Sequence record: SRR2962707_3356
Strand: one strand, 5' to 3'
DNA: 32,328 bases
A program made the translations under genes and the position numbers. Shown piece after piece: positions 15,521-24,047 of this stretch; the first letter of the stretch is position 1, and every line of letters starts with the position of its first letter. The notes below the pieces were generated by a model, which ran no database searches, was not told where the DNA came from, and worked only from the letters and a program-made list of their open reading frames with translations.

Positions 15521-16237
15521 ATGGAAATTCCCGAGCACGGCCACAGTCAGGACGAGATCGAGCACCGTATCGGCAAGCCTCCCGGACGAGGGTATCTGCG
15601 CGACATTGTTTATGGTGCCATTGACGGCTCTGTCACCACTTTCGCCATTGTGGCCGGCGTGGCAGGCGCCGGCTTGTCGCCGTTGATCATTGTGGCGCTT
15701 GGTATGGCCAATGTCCTTGCCGATGGGTTTTCGATGGCAGCGGGAAATTACTCTGGCACCAAGGCAGAACTGGATGACATCAAAAGACTGCGGCGTGTCG
15801 AAGAGCGCCATATTCAAACCCACCCCGAGGGCGAGCGTCGCGAATTGCGTCAAATCCTGCACCTGAAAGGGCTGTCGGGCACAGCCCTAGACGAAGCGGT
15901 TGATCAAATCTCAAGCGACAAAGATCTTTGGATACAGATGATGTTAGAAGGCGAATACGGCTTGGCCTCTGTTGATCCGCATCCGATGCGAGCGGCAACT
16001 GCGACGTTTCTGGCCTTTCTCGTGGCCGGCCTTATTCCATTGGTTCCGTTTATCCTGTCTATTCCGGACGCATTTTTTTGGTCCAGCTGTGCGACTGGAA
16101 TTACCTTTTTCCTGATTGGCACCTACAAAAGCGTCTGGTCCTTGTCACCCTGGTGGCGTTCCGGTCTCGAGACACTGGCAATTGGGGGCACCGCCGCCGC
16201 CATTGCTTATTTCGTCGGCACATTATTCAGCGGCTGA
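15521..16237 (+). CDS. VIT1/CCC1 family Fe/Mn transporter
   Basis: LRDIVYGAIDGSVTTFAIVAG, ANVLADGFSMAAGNY, acidic cytoplasmic segment, GLIPLVPF. Confidence 0.92.
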   Translation: MEIPEHGHSQDEIEHRIGKPPGRGYLRDIVYGAIDGSVTTFAIVAGVAGAGLSPLIIVALGMANVLADGFSMAAGNYSGTKAELDDIKRLRRVEERHIQTHPEGERRELRQILHLKGLSGTALDEAVDQISSDKDLWIQMMLEGEYGLASVDPHPMRAATATFLAFLVAGLIPLVPFILSIPDAFFWSSCATGITFFLIGTYKSVWSLSPWWRSGLETLAIGGTAAAIAYFVGTLFSG

Positions 16238-16254
16238 ACGGGCGACGCGCCCTC

Positions 16255-16283
16255 TTTACCCGCCATCGCGGCAGGCCTATAAG
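16255..16283 (+). promoter_or_regulatory. Putative sigma70 promoter for the ileS leader
   Basis: TTTACC (16255-16260), 17 nt, TATAAG (16278-16283), 6 nt, ATG 16290. Confidence 0.6.
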
Positions 16284-16289
16284 GCGCTC

Positions 16290-16340
16290 ATGATGTATGC
16301 CTTCGCCATTATCATGCGAATTACTGGCCCGGCGCTCTGA
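16290..16340 (+). CDS. Putative Ile-sensing leader peptide MMYAFAIIMRITGPAL of ileS
   Basis: 16-codon ORF with ATT ATC ATG CGA ATT core; starts at predicted +1; stop inside hairpin 16328-16356. Confidence 0.55.
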   Translation: MMYAFAIIMRITGPAL

Positions 16341-16425
16341 TATTTGAGCCGCCGGGACAAGGCGTTTGGACGACCGCGCCGACCCATCCCCCAATTGTCG
16401 AAATGATATACCGAGGACGCGCAAT

Positions 16426-19332
16426 ATGTGTTCTGACACGCCTGACTACAAAGCGACCCTGAACCTGCCGCAAACTGATTTCCCTATGCGGGCAGGACTG
16501 CCAAAACGTGAACCCCTGTGGCTTGAACGCTGGGCCGAGATTGGCATCTATGACCGCCTGCGCGAAAAAGCAGAAGGTCGCCCTCCCTTTACCTTGCATG
16601 ATGGACCGCCCTACGCGAACGGCCATTTGCACATCGGCCATGCTTTGAACAAAACCATCAAAGACATGATCGTGCGCAGCCACCAAATGATGGGGCATGA
16701 GGCCCGTTATGTGCCGGGCTGGGATTGTCACGGCCTTCCGATCGAATGGAAGATCGAAGAACAGTACCGCGCCAAAGGTAAGAACAAAGACGATGTCGAT
16801 ATCAACGACTTCCGCGCCGAATGCCGTAAGTTTGCCGCTGGTTGGGTCGATATCCAACGCAATGAGTTTAAGCGCCTCGGCATCTCGGGCAACTGGGACG
16901 ACCCCTATCTGACAATGAACTTTCACGCCGAGCGCGTGATCGCCGAAGAGTTCATGAAGTTCTTGATGAACGGTACGCTGTATCAGGGCTCAAAACCTGT
17001 GATGTGGTCGCCGGTCGAGAAAACCGCTTTGGCCGAAGCCGAGATCGAGTATCACGATCACAAGAGCCATACGATCTGGGTACCCTTTGTCGCGCAGAAT
17101 GGTTCAGGTGATCTTGAAGGCGCCAAAGTTGTTATCTGGACAACAACCCCTTGGACCATCCCGTCAAACAAAGCTGTCGCCTATAACCCGACCATCAGCT
17201 ACGGCCTGTACGAAGTTACAGCAACACCCGAAGAATGCTGGGCCAAGGTCGGTGACAAGTATCTGTTGGCTGACAATCTGGCTGCCGATGTCTTTTCCAA
17301 AGCGCGGCTCGCAGAGGACATGTTCAACCGTTTACGGGATGTAACTGCGGATGAATTGGGTGCGTTGACGCTTGCGCACCCGCTTCGTGGCGCCGATGGG
17401 GCTGAAGGGTTCTGGGACTATGATGTCCCCATGATCGATGGCGACCACGTGACGGACGATGCCGGTACGGGCTTTGTGCACACCGCGCCAAGCCACGGTG
17501 CCGATGACTACGAATGCTTTGTCAAACGCAACTGGTTGGACCGGATGACCCACAATGTGGGTGAAGAATCCGAATTCCTGCCGCATGTGCCTTTCTTTGC
17601 TGGCCTGCAAGTCTTTGACCGTAAGGGAAAAGAGGGCAAAGCCAACAATGCGGTCATTGCCAAATTGGTCGAAGTTGGCGGGCTGTTGGCCCGTGGCCGT
17701 GTCACGCATAGTTATCCGCACTCCTGGCGGTCCAAAGCGCCGATCATCTTCCGGAACACGCCACAATGGTTCGCTTCGGTCGACAAAGAAGTGGGCGATG
17801 GCCAAGACCAATACGGTAAGACCATCCGGGATCGGGCCCTGACCTCGATTGACCAACTTGTCAAATGGACTCCGCAAACGGGACGTAACCGTTTGTATTC
17901 CATGATCGAATCCCGGCCCGATTGGGTATTGTCCCGCCAACGCGCCTGGGGTGTGCCCCTGTCGTGTTTCACCAAGAAAGGCGCGCTGCCAACCGACGCA
18001 GATTTCTTGTTGCGCAACGCGACTGTGAACGCCCGTATCGCAGACGCCTTCGAAGTCGAAGGTGCAGATGCTTGGTATGCCGACGGGGCCAAGGAACGCT
18101 TCCTCGGCAGTGACGTAAACCCAGACGACTATGACCAAGTGTTTGATGTTCTGGATGTGTGGTTCGATTCTGGCTGTACCCATGCCTTTGTCCTACGCGA
18201 TCGCGAAGACGGCACCGAAGACGGTATTGCAGATGTCTATATGGAAGGCACCGACCAACACCGTGGTTGGTTCCATTCCTCGATGTTGCAAGCCTGTGGC
18301 ACCCTAGGTCGCGCGCCTTATCGCAATGTTGTGACTCACGGCTTTACGCTCGACGAGAAGGGCAACAAAATGTCCAAGTCCTTGGGCAACACCATTGTTC
18401 CCGAAAAGATCGTCCAGCAGTATGGCGCTGATATCTTGCGTTTGTGGGTCGCCCAGACCGACTATACCGCAGATCAGCGGATCGGCCCTGAAATCCTGAA
18501 AGGTGTCGCAGACAGCTATCGTCGTTTGCGCAACACCATGCGTTTCATGTTGGGCTCTTTGTCTGAGTTCAGTGAGGCTGATCGTGTTGACCCCGCCGAT
18601 ATGCCAGAATTAGAGCGCTGGGTGCTGCATCGTTTGGCAGAGTTGGATCATAAGGTTCAAACCGGGTATCGTGCGTTCCAATTCCAAGAAGTCTTCCAGG
18701 CGGTCTTTACTTTTGCCACTGTGGACCTGTCGGCCTTCTACTTTGATATCCGCAAAGACGCCTTGTATTGCGACGGGGACACCGAACGTCGCCGCGCGGC
18801 GCGCAGCGTTTTGGATATCGTCTTCCACCGATTGACCACCTGGTTGGCCCCGATTCTGGTGTTTACGATGGAAGAAGTCTGGCTGAAACGTTTCCCCGGA
18901 GACAAGAGCTCGATCCATCTGGAAGATATCCCCGCAACACCAAAAGACTGGCTGGACGAACCTTTGGCCGCCAAATGGGCCGACGTGCGTCGCGCTCGAC
19001 GTGTGGTTACCGCAGCGCTCGAGATTCAACGGACCGAGAAAGTGATCGGGGCGTCACTCGAAGCGGCACCGGTTGTGCATGTCGAAGATGCCGATGCTTT
19101 GTCCATTCTGAAATCCGTGGATTTTGATGACATCTGCATCACATCGGGTGTCGTATTGTCTGGCGATCCCTCCCCTGCCGAGGCGTTCCGCCTGCCGGAA
19201 ACCGACGGGATTGGGGTGGTTTTCGAAAAGGCTGAAGGCGAAAAATGTCAGCGGTGCTGGAAGATTTTGCCCGATGTCGGCACACATAGCCATGCGGGCA
19301 CCTGCGCCCGCTGTGACGACGCGCTAGGCTAA
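16426..19332 (+). CDS. ileS: Isoleucine--tRNA ligase (type 1)
   Basis: LHDGPPYANGHLHIGH, GWDCHGLPIE, WTTTPWT, GTGFVHTAP, KMSKS, C-terminal KCQRCW...CARC zinc finger; GAGG SD before ATG 16426. Confidence 0.98.
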   Translation: MCSDTPDYKATLNLPQTDFPMRAGLPKREPLWLERWAEIGIYDRLREKAEGRPPFTLHDGPPYANGHLHIGHALNKTIKDMIVRSHQMMGHEARYVPGWDCHGLPIEWKIEEQYRAKGKNKDDVDINDFRAECRKFAAGWVDIQRNEFKRLGISGNWDDPYLTMNFHAERVIAEEFMKFLMNGTLYQGSKPVMWSPVEKTALAEAEIEYHDHKSHTIWVPFVAQNGSGDLEGAKVVIWTTTPWTIPSNKAVAYNPTISYGLYEVTATPEECWAKVGDKYLLADNLAADVFSKARLAEDMFNRLRDVTADELGALTLAHPLRGADGAEGFWDYDVPMIDGDHVTDDAGTGFVHTAPSHGADDYECFVKRNWLDRMTHNVGEESEFLPHVPFFAGLQVFDRKGKEGKANNAVIAKLVEVGGLLARGRVTHSYPHSWRSKAPIIFRNTPQWFASVDKEVGDGQDQYGKTIRDRALTSIDQLVKWTPQTGRNRLYSMIESRPDWVLSRQRAWGVPLSCFTKKGALPTDADFLLRNATVNARIADAFEVEGADAWYADGAKERFLGSDVNPDDYDQVFDVLDVWFDSGCTHAFVLRDREDGTEDGIADVYMEGTDQHRGWFHSSMLQACGTLGRAPYRNVVTHGFTLDEKGNKMSKSLGNTIVPEKIVQQYGADILRLWVAQTDYTADQRIGPEILKGVADSYRRLRNTMRFMLGSLSEFSEADRVDPADMPELERWVLHRLAELDHKVQTGYRAFQFQEVFQAVFTFATVDLSAFYFDIRKDALYCDGDTERRRAARSVLDIVFHRLTTWLAPILVFTMEEVWLKRFPGDKSSIHLEDIPATPKDWLDEPLAAKWADVRRARRVVTAALEIQRTEKVIGASLEAAPVVHVEDADALSILKSVDFDDICITSGVVLSGDPSPAEAFRLPETDGIGVVFEKAEGEKCQRCWKILPDVGTHSHAGTCARCDDALG

Positions 19333-19389
19333 CAAAATCTTGCATGGCCCGCCTAACTGTTGAATATTTCAACAAAGGGGGGCCATGCT

Positions 19390-19884
19390 ATGATCGATAG
19401 ACGACATCTTTTTCTGGCGGGACTCGCCTCTGCGCTGCTGGTGGGCTGTTCCCAATCGGGGCCCGTTCAACTTGCGCCCAACTCTGTTTTGTATGTTGTG
19501 CGCCATGCAGATCGCGAAGGCGAAAACCTAAGTGACAAAGGGATAAGACGCGCCCATAGCTTGGTTACAGCATTGGAAGGCATGCCCCTGGACGCCATTT
19601 ACAGCCCCGGCATCCAACGCAACCTGGACACGGCAGCGCCGATTTCACAGGCCCGCGCCTTACCCGTTCAACGCCGCGCGCCCGAAGCCCCGACTCATAG
19701 ATTGTCACGTGAAAGCGCCGGGCGTTCGGTGCTGTGGGTCGGCAATAAGGGCAATATCCGCACGATTTGGGAAGACCTCTCTTTACCCGATCCTGTTCCG
19801 CTGGAATATGGCGATTTGGCCATCATCCGCAGTGATTCCAACGGCCTAGTGACCGTTGAACGCCGCGTCTTTGAGGCCATCTAG
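19390..19884 (+). CDS. Histidine phosphatase (PGM) family protein, probable Tat lipoprotein
   Basis: DRRHLF twin-Arg signal, LLVGC lipobox, YVVRHAD motif, LSDKGIRRA, IYS...R...TA. Confidence 0.82.
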   Translation: MIDRRHLFLAGLASALLVGCSQSGPVQLAPNSVLYVVRHADREGENLSDKGIRRAHSLVTALEGMPLDAIYSPGIQRNLDTAAPISQARALPVQRRAPEAPTHRLSRESAGRSVLWVGNKGNIRTIWEDLSLPDPVPLEYGDLAIIRSDSNGLVTVERRVFEAI

Positions 19885-19886
19885 AC

Positions 19887-20339
19887 ATGCCTACTCTGAC
19901 CATGGCGTCCCCTATCGGGGATTTGGCACTTGTGGAAACAGACGGTCAGATCACAGCATTGAAATGGGGTAAATCGGGGGATGACAAAAGCCCGGTACTG
20001 ACCGAAGCGCAAGCACAGCTTGAGGCTTATTTCGCGGGATCTTTGACCCAATTTGATTTGCCAATGGCGCCAGCTGGATCAGATTTGCAACGATCCGTCT
20101 GTGCCGCCATGTGTCTGATTCCTTTAGGTGAAACACGTACTTATGGAGATTTGGCGCGGCAACTTGGCAAACCAGCTCAGGCCATCGGACAGGCCTGCGG
20201 CGGCAACCCAATCCCGATTCTCATTCCGTGCCACCGCATTCTGGCGGCCAACGGATTGGGCGGGTTTTCTGGTGGGATCGGCATTGAAACCAAGGTCTGG
20301 TTGCTGCGTCACGAAGGCGCGGCCGGGCTCTTGATCTAA
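19887..20339 (+). CDS. ogt: Methylated-DNA--protein-cysteine S-methyltransferase
   Basis: IPLGETRTYG, AIGQACGGNPIPILIPCHR active site, KVWLLRHEG. Confidence 0.95.
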   Translation: MPTLTMASPIGDLALVETDGQITALKWGKSGDDKSPVLTEAQAQLEAYFAGSLTQFDLPMAPAGSDLQRSVCAAMCLIPLGETRTYGDLARQLGKPAQAIGQACGGNPIPILIPCHRILAANGLGGFSGGIGIETKVWLLRHEGAAGLLI

Positions 20340-20374
20340 CACGTATCGGGCTTTTCAGGACGGCAAAACTCTGA

Positions 20375-20395
20375 GGTTCCGCACATTGCGGAACC
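20375..20395. terminator. Perfect inverted repeat between convergent ogt and pheA
   Basis: GGTTCCGCA-CAT-TGCGGAACC; no U-tract on either strand. Confidence 0.35.
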
Positions 20396-20436
20396 GAGGT
20401 AAACCAGCGCGGCAAAGCCGCCCATTCAGGTCACGC

Positions 20437-21270
20437 TTATCCTCTGCGCGGATCGCGGGGATAGACCCCGAGAATCTCGAACATGCTGGTGAAATACGAC
20501 AATTCATCCAGTGCCCTTTGAACGGCAGGATCGTCCGGGTGCCCCTCGATATCTGCATAAAACTGCGTCGCGATGAACGAGCCTTCAACCATATAGCTTT
20601 CCAGCTTGGTCATGTTGACACCATTTGTCGCGAAACCGCCCATCGCCTTGTAAAGCGCAGCCGGAATATTTCTCACCTGGAACACAAAACTGGTGATCAT
20701 TCCGTGATCGCCTCGACGCGACAGATCCGCCTCCGGCGACATGATCAGAAAGCGGGTTGTGTTGCTGTCATTGTCCTCAATTCCGTTTGCGAGAACGTTC
20801 AAACCATAGATATCCGCCGCGACAGCGCTGGCCAAAACACCGTCTGAGCGGACATCAGACTTTGCCAGGTCTGCGGCAGCCCCGGCGCTATCGACGGCCG
20901 CTTCGCTGGTGATTCCATGCGCCTTCAAAAAAGCTTTGGCCTGCGGCAATAGCACCAGATGCGCCCGAACATGTTTAATTTCGTCCAGCGATACGCCGGG
21001 ATGCCCCATCAGAGCGATCCGGACACGGACAAAATGTTCGTCAATGATGCGCAACCCAGATTGCGGCAAAAGAGAGTGAATGTCCGCGACACGGCCATAA
21101 GTCGAATTTTCGACCGGCAGCATAGCAAGATCCGCTTTTCCGCTCTCAACAGCAGCGACAACGTCTTCAAAAGCCCGACAAGGCAAGGCCTCCATGTCAG
21201 GGCGCGCAGCGATACAGGCTTCGTGCGAATAGGCGCCAGGTTCCCCCTGGAAGGCAATACGCTTGGTCAT
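20437..21270 (-). CDS. pheA: Prephenate dehydratase
   Basis: AFQGEPGAYS, LPVENSTYG, NTTRF, ACT domain with NMTKLESY and FYADIEGH. Confidence 0.96.
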   Translation of the reverse strand: MTKRIAFQGEPGAYSHEACIAARPDMEALPCRAFEDVVAAVESGKADLAMLPVENSTYGRVADIHSLLPQSGLRIIDEHFVRVRIALMGHPGVSLDEIKHVRAHLVLLPQAKAFLKAHGITSEAAVDSAGAAADLAKSDVRSDGVLASAVAADIYGLNVLANGIEDNDSNTTRFLIMSPEADLSRRGDHGMITSFVFQVRNIPAALYKAMGGFATNGVNMTKLESYMVEGSFIATQFYADIEGHPDDPAVQRALDELSYFTSMFEILGVYPRDPRRG

Positions 21271-21393
21271 TTGCCGGATTCCGTCATAAGTTTTCGCGAT
21301 AAGGGCGTTTGGTCGCGCCTTCTACACCTTGCCAGCGGCGAGGGGAAGCCGTAGATACCCGCCTCGACGGACACGATACTGGACAGGCGAGCC

Positions 21394-21915
21394 ATGTTTG
21401 ACACGATGACGCTTACCAAAGTTCTCGGCGGTTTCTGCGGAGCACTCTTGATTTTTCTTCTGGGCAACTGGGCTGCAGAACTCTTGTACCATGTCGGTGG
21501 CGATGGCCACGGCGATGGTCACAAGCAAGCCTATGTTATTGAGACCGAAAGTGACGACCAAGGCGGCGAAGAAGAGGTGGCCTTTGATCTGGTTGCGGCT
21601 CTTTCGACCGCAGACCCTGAAAAGGGCTCAAAAGTTTTTGGTAAGTGTAAAGCTTGCCACAAGCTGGATGACGGCGCCAACGGCACCGGCCCACACCTCT
21701 ATGACGTAGTAGACCGGGCCGTAGATTCGGTCGAAGGCTATGGCTACTCTGGCGCTTTGGAAAAAGTTGCAGACGTTTGGGATGCCCAGCACTTGTATGA
21801 CTTCCTTGAAAACCCCAAAGGCTTCGCGCCGGGCACGAAAATGGGTTTCTCAGGTTTGAAAAAGTCAGCCGACCGGGTCAACCTGATCGCTTACTTGGAA
21901 ACGATAGGCGGCTGA
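21394..21915 (+). CDS. Membrane-anchored class I cytochrome c (cy/c552/CycM-like)
   Basis: N-terminal TM anchor, acidic/His linker, CKACH heme motif, GPHL, PGTKM axial Met. Confidence 0.93.
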   Translation: MFDTMTLTKVLGGFCGALLIFLLGNWAAELLYHVGGDGHGDGHKQAYVIETESDDQGGEEEVAFDLVAALSTADPEKGSKVFGKCKACHKLDDGANGTGPHLYDVVDRAVDSVEGYGYSGALEKVADVWDAQHLYDFLENPKGFAPGTKMGFSGLKKSADRVNLIAYLETIGG

Positions 21916-21940
21916 TCTAGCCTCTCGGTTGAAGACAATT

Positions 21941-21977
21941 AGAGCCGTTGCCCATCTGGGCAGCGGCTTTTTCTTTT
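21941..21977 (+). terminator. Intrinsic terminator after cytochrome c gene
   Basis: AGAGCCGTTGCCC-ATCT-GGGCAGCGGCTTT followed by TTCTTTT. Confidence 0.85.
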
Positions 21978-22098
21978 CCCACAAGGAATTGATCTCAATT
22001 GTTCCAATCTGAACTTGAATGTGGACGTCCCTCCCAATTAGCTTAACTTGCATATGAACGCGCCCTGGTGGCGCACCATCTTTCGTTGGAGGATATGC

Positions 22099-24039
22099 AT
22101 GAACGGGAAACAGGGTCGGACCGGAACACAAGGTTTTCACCGTCGATCGGTTCTTGGAATGCTGGGGGCCAGTGCTGGCGTTGTCGGCGTAGGGCTTCCC
22201 ACACGGTGGGCCACCGCTCAAGAAGGCGACATGGTCGTAGCACACGGATATTCCTTTTTTGGCGAGCTCAAATACCCCAAAGACTTCCCGCATTTTGACT
22301 ATGTGAATCCCGACGCGCCAAAGGGTGGTGAAATATCCGTCAGCACGCGTGGGTCTTTTGATGGCATGAACCGGTTCGCAAGCAAAGGCAGATCAGGTCA
22401 ATACAGTGGTGTGATCGGCGAAGCCCTTTTCGGAGAGATGCCCTGGTCAGGTGGCGGAGTTCCAGCCGATTCTCTGACGGAACAATATGGCCTGTTGGCC
22501 CACACGGTTGAGTACCCAAAGACAAAAGAATGGGCCGTGTTCCACATGCGTCCCGAAGCACGATTTGCTGATGGTTCCCCGGTGACAGCAAAGGACGTTG
22601 TTTTCACCCATAACCTGTTCCTAGAGCAAGGCATTCGAAGCTATGCGCGGTCTGTGAAGGAACGAATCGAAGGCGCGGAGGTGATTGACGATCACACAGT
22701 CAAATTTTCCTTCGTAGATGGCATTTCGCGTCGCTCACTGATTTCTCAGGTTGGCGGAACGCCGGTTTTCTCAGAAGATTGGTACGCACGCACTGGCGAA
22801 CGTCTGGATGAACCCAGCCTACTGACACCGATGGGCAGCGGCCCTTATGTCGTAGATGAGTTCGAGATCAATCGCTTCATCGTCTATAAACGAAACCCGG
22901 ATTATTGGGGCTATCACCTCCCTATCAACAAGGGTCGGTTCAATTTCGACAAGATTCGGGTTGAGTATTTCGCGGATGACTCCGCTGAATTTGAGGCCTT
23001 CAAAGCCGGTGTCTATACCTTCCGGGCGGAAGGCAGCACCAAACGCTGGGCCACAGGGTATGATATTCCTGCCGTTGAGAAGGGCGATATCAAGCTTGAG
23101 ACCCTTAAGGACGGGACGCCTCCAACGCCAACTGGTCTGACCTTCAACCTGTTGCGGGAACAATTCGCGGATCGCCGCGTGCGAGAGGCCATCGGACTGG
23201 CTTATAACTTTGAATGGAGCAACGCCTCCTTGCAGTTTGGCCTGCTGAAGCAACGCAATTCATTTTCAGAAAACACCGAAGTGGAAGCCTTTGGCCTGCC
23301 TGAGGGTGAGGAAAAGGCCTTTTTGGAATCCCTGGGCGATGTCGTACCGCCGGAAATGTTCACCGAAGAAGCCGTTCGTGCGCATACATCTACTGTAGAT
23401 CAGCTGGAAGACCGCAAGAACAAACGCAAAGCCCTTCGTTTGTTCAAGGCTGCGGGTTGGGACATTGACGACGATGGCATGTTGAAAAATGCCGAAGGCG
23501 CGACGTTGGATATTGAGTTCCTGATTTCCAGCAGCACATCCGATACCGGTGAAGCGATCTTTACCAACTACATCACCAACCTTCAGAACTTTGGTGTGAA
23601 TGCGAAACTGGAAAAGACAGATTCGGCGCAATATGCGCAGCGCTACTATGACAAAGACTTTGACATGCTCTACGCCGGCTATGGTGTTCTTTTGACGGTA
23701 GGCACCGGTCTGAAACAGCGCTATGGCTCTGAAACGGCTGTTGTGTCGTCTTACAATCCGGCTTCTTTGCAAAGTCCGATGGTAGACGCGATCATCGAAA
23801 AATCCTTGGAAGCGAAGTCGCGCCAAGAAGAGGTGACCGCACTGAAAGCTTTAGATCGGGCCCTTCGCCACATTCGAATGATGGTGCCCGTTTGGTATAA
23901 TGACGAAACTTGGGTTGCCGCGTACGACATGTACGAGCATCCGGAAAACCTGCCGCCCTATGCGACAGGTGTCTTGGATTTCTGGTGGTTCAATGACGAC
24001 AAATATCAAGCGCTGAAAGCCAGCGGCGCGCTGAGGTAA
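22099..24039 (+). CDS. yejA: YejA-like peptide ABC transporter substrate-binding protein (family 5), Tat signal
   Basis: GGAGG SD; HRRSVL twin-Arg; LKYPKDFPHFDYVNPDAPKGG; ARFADGSPVTAKDV; ALDRALR. Confidence 0.9.
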   Translation: MNGKQGRTGTQGFHRRSVLGMLGASAGVVGVGLPTRWATAQEGDMVVAHGYSFFGELKYPKDFPHFDYVNPDAPKGGEISVSTRGSFDGMNRFASKGRSGQYSGVIGEALFGEMPWSGGGVPADSLTEQYGLLAHTVEYPKTKEWAVFHMRPEARFADGSPVTAKDVVFTHNLFLEQGIRSYARSVKERIEGAEVIDDHTVKFSFVDGISRRSLISQVGGTPVFSEDWYARTGERLDEPSLLTPMGSGPYVVDEFEINRFIVYKRNPDYWGYHLPINKGRFNFDKIRVEYFADDSAEFEAFKAGVYTFRAEGSTKRWATGYDIPAVEKGDIKLETLKDGTPPTPTGLTFNLLREQFADRRVREAIGLAYNFEWSNASLQFGLLKQRNSFSENTEVEAFGLPEGEEKAFLESLGDVVPPEMFTEEAVRAHTSTVDQLEDRKNKRKALRLFKAAGWDIDDDGMLKNAEGATLDIEFLISSSTSDTGEAIFTNYITNLQNFGVNAKLEKTDSAQYAQRYYDKDFDMLYAGYGVLLTVGTGLKQRYGSETAVVSSYNPASLQSPMVDAIIEKSLEAKSRQEEVTALKALDRALRHIRMMVPVWYNDETWVAAYDMYEHPENLPPYATGVLDFWWFNDDKYQALKASGALR

Positions 24040-24047
24040 TCCACTAA

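Noticed and set aside
16290-16425. T-box riboswitch upstream of ileS
   Set aside because: Leader too short, with no T-box bulge (UGGNACC) or stem I motifs; the leader-peptide model fits better
17332-18183. 283-aa ORF antisense to ileS (and similar long antisense ORFs over argD, yejA, yejB, hrpB, PCu(A)C)
   Set aside because: Shadow ORFs from codon bias of the real genes; no SD and no recognisable motifs
21267-21287. Micro-ORF MTESGK overlapping the pheA start (ATGA) as a Phe attenuator
   Set aside because: No Phe codons and no associated structure; could at most aid translational coupling
21300-21393. RegA/PrrA site between pheA and the cytochrome c gene
   Set aside because: Only loose GC-rich matches to a degenerate consensus; indistinguishable from background
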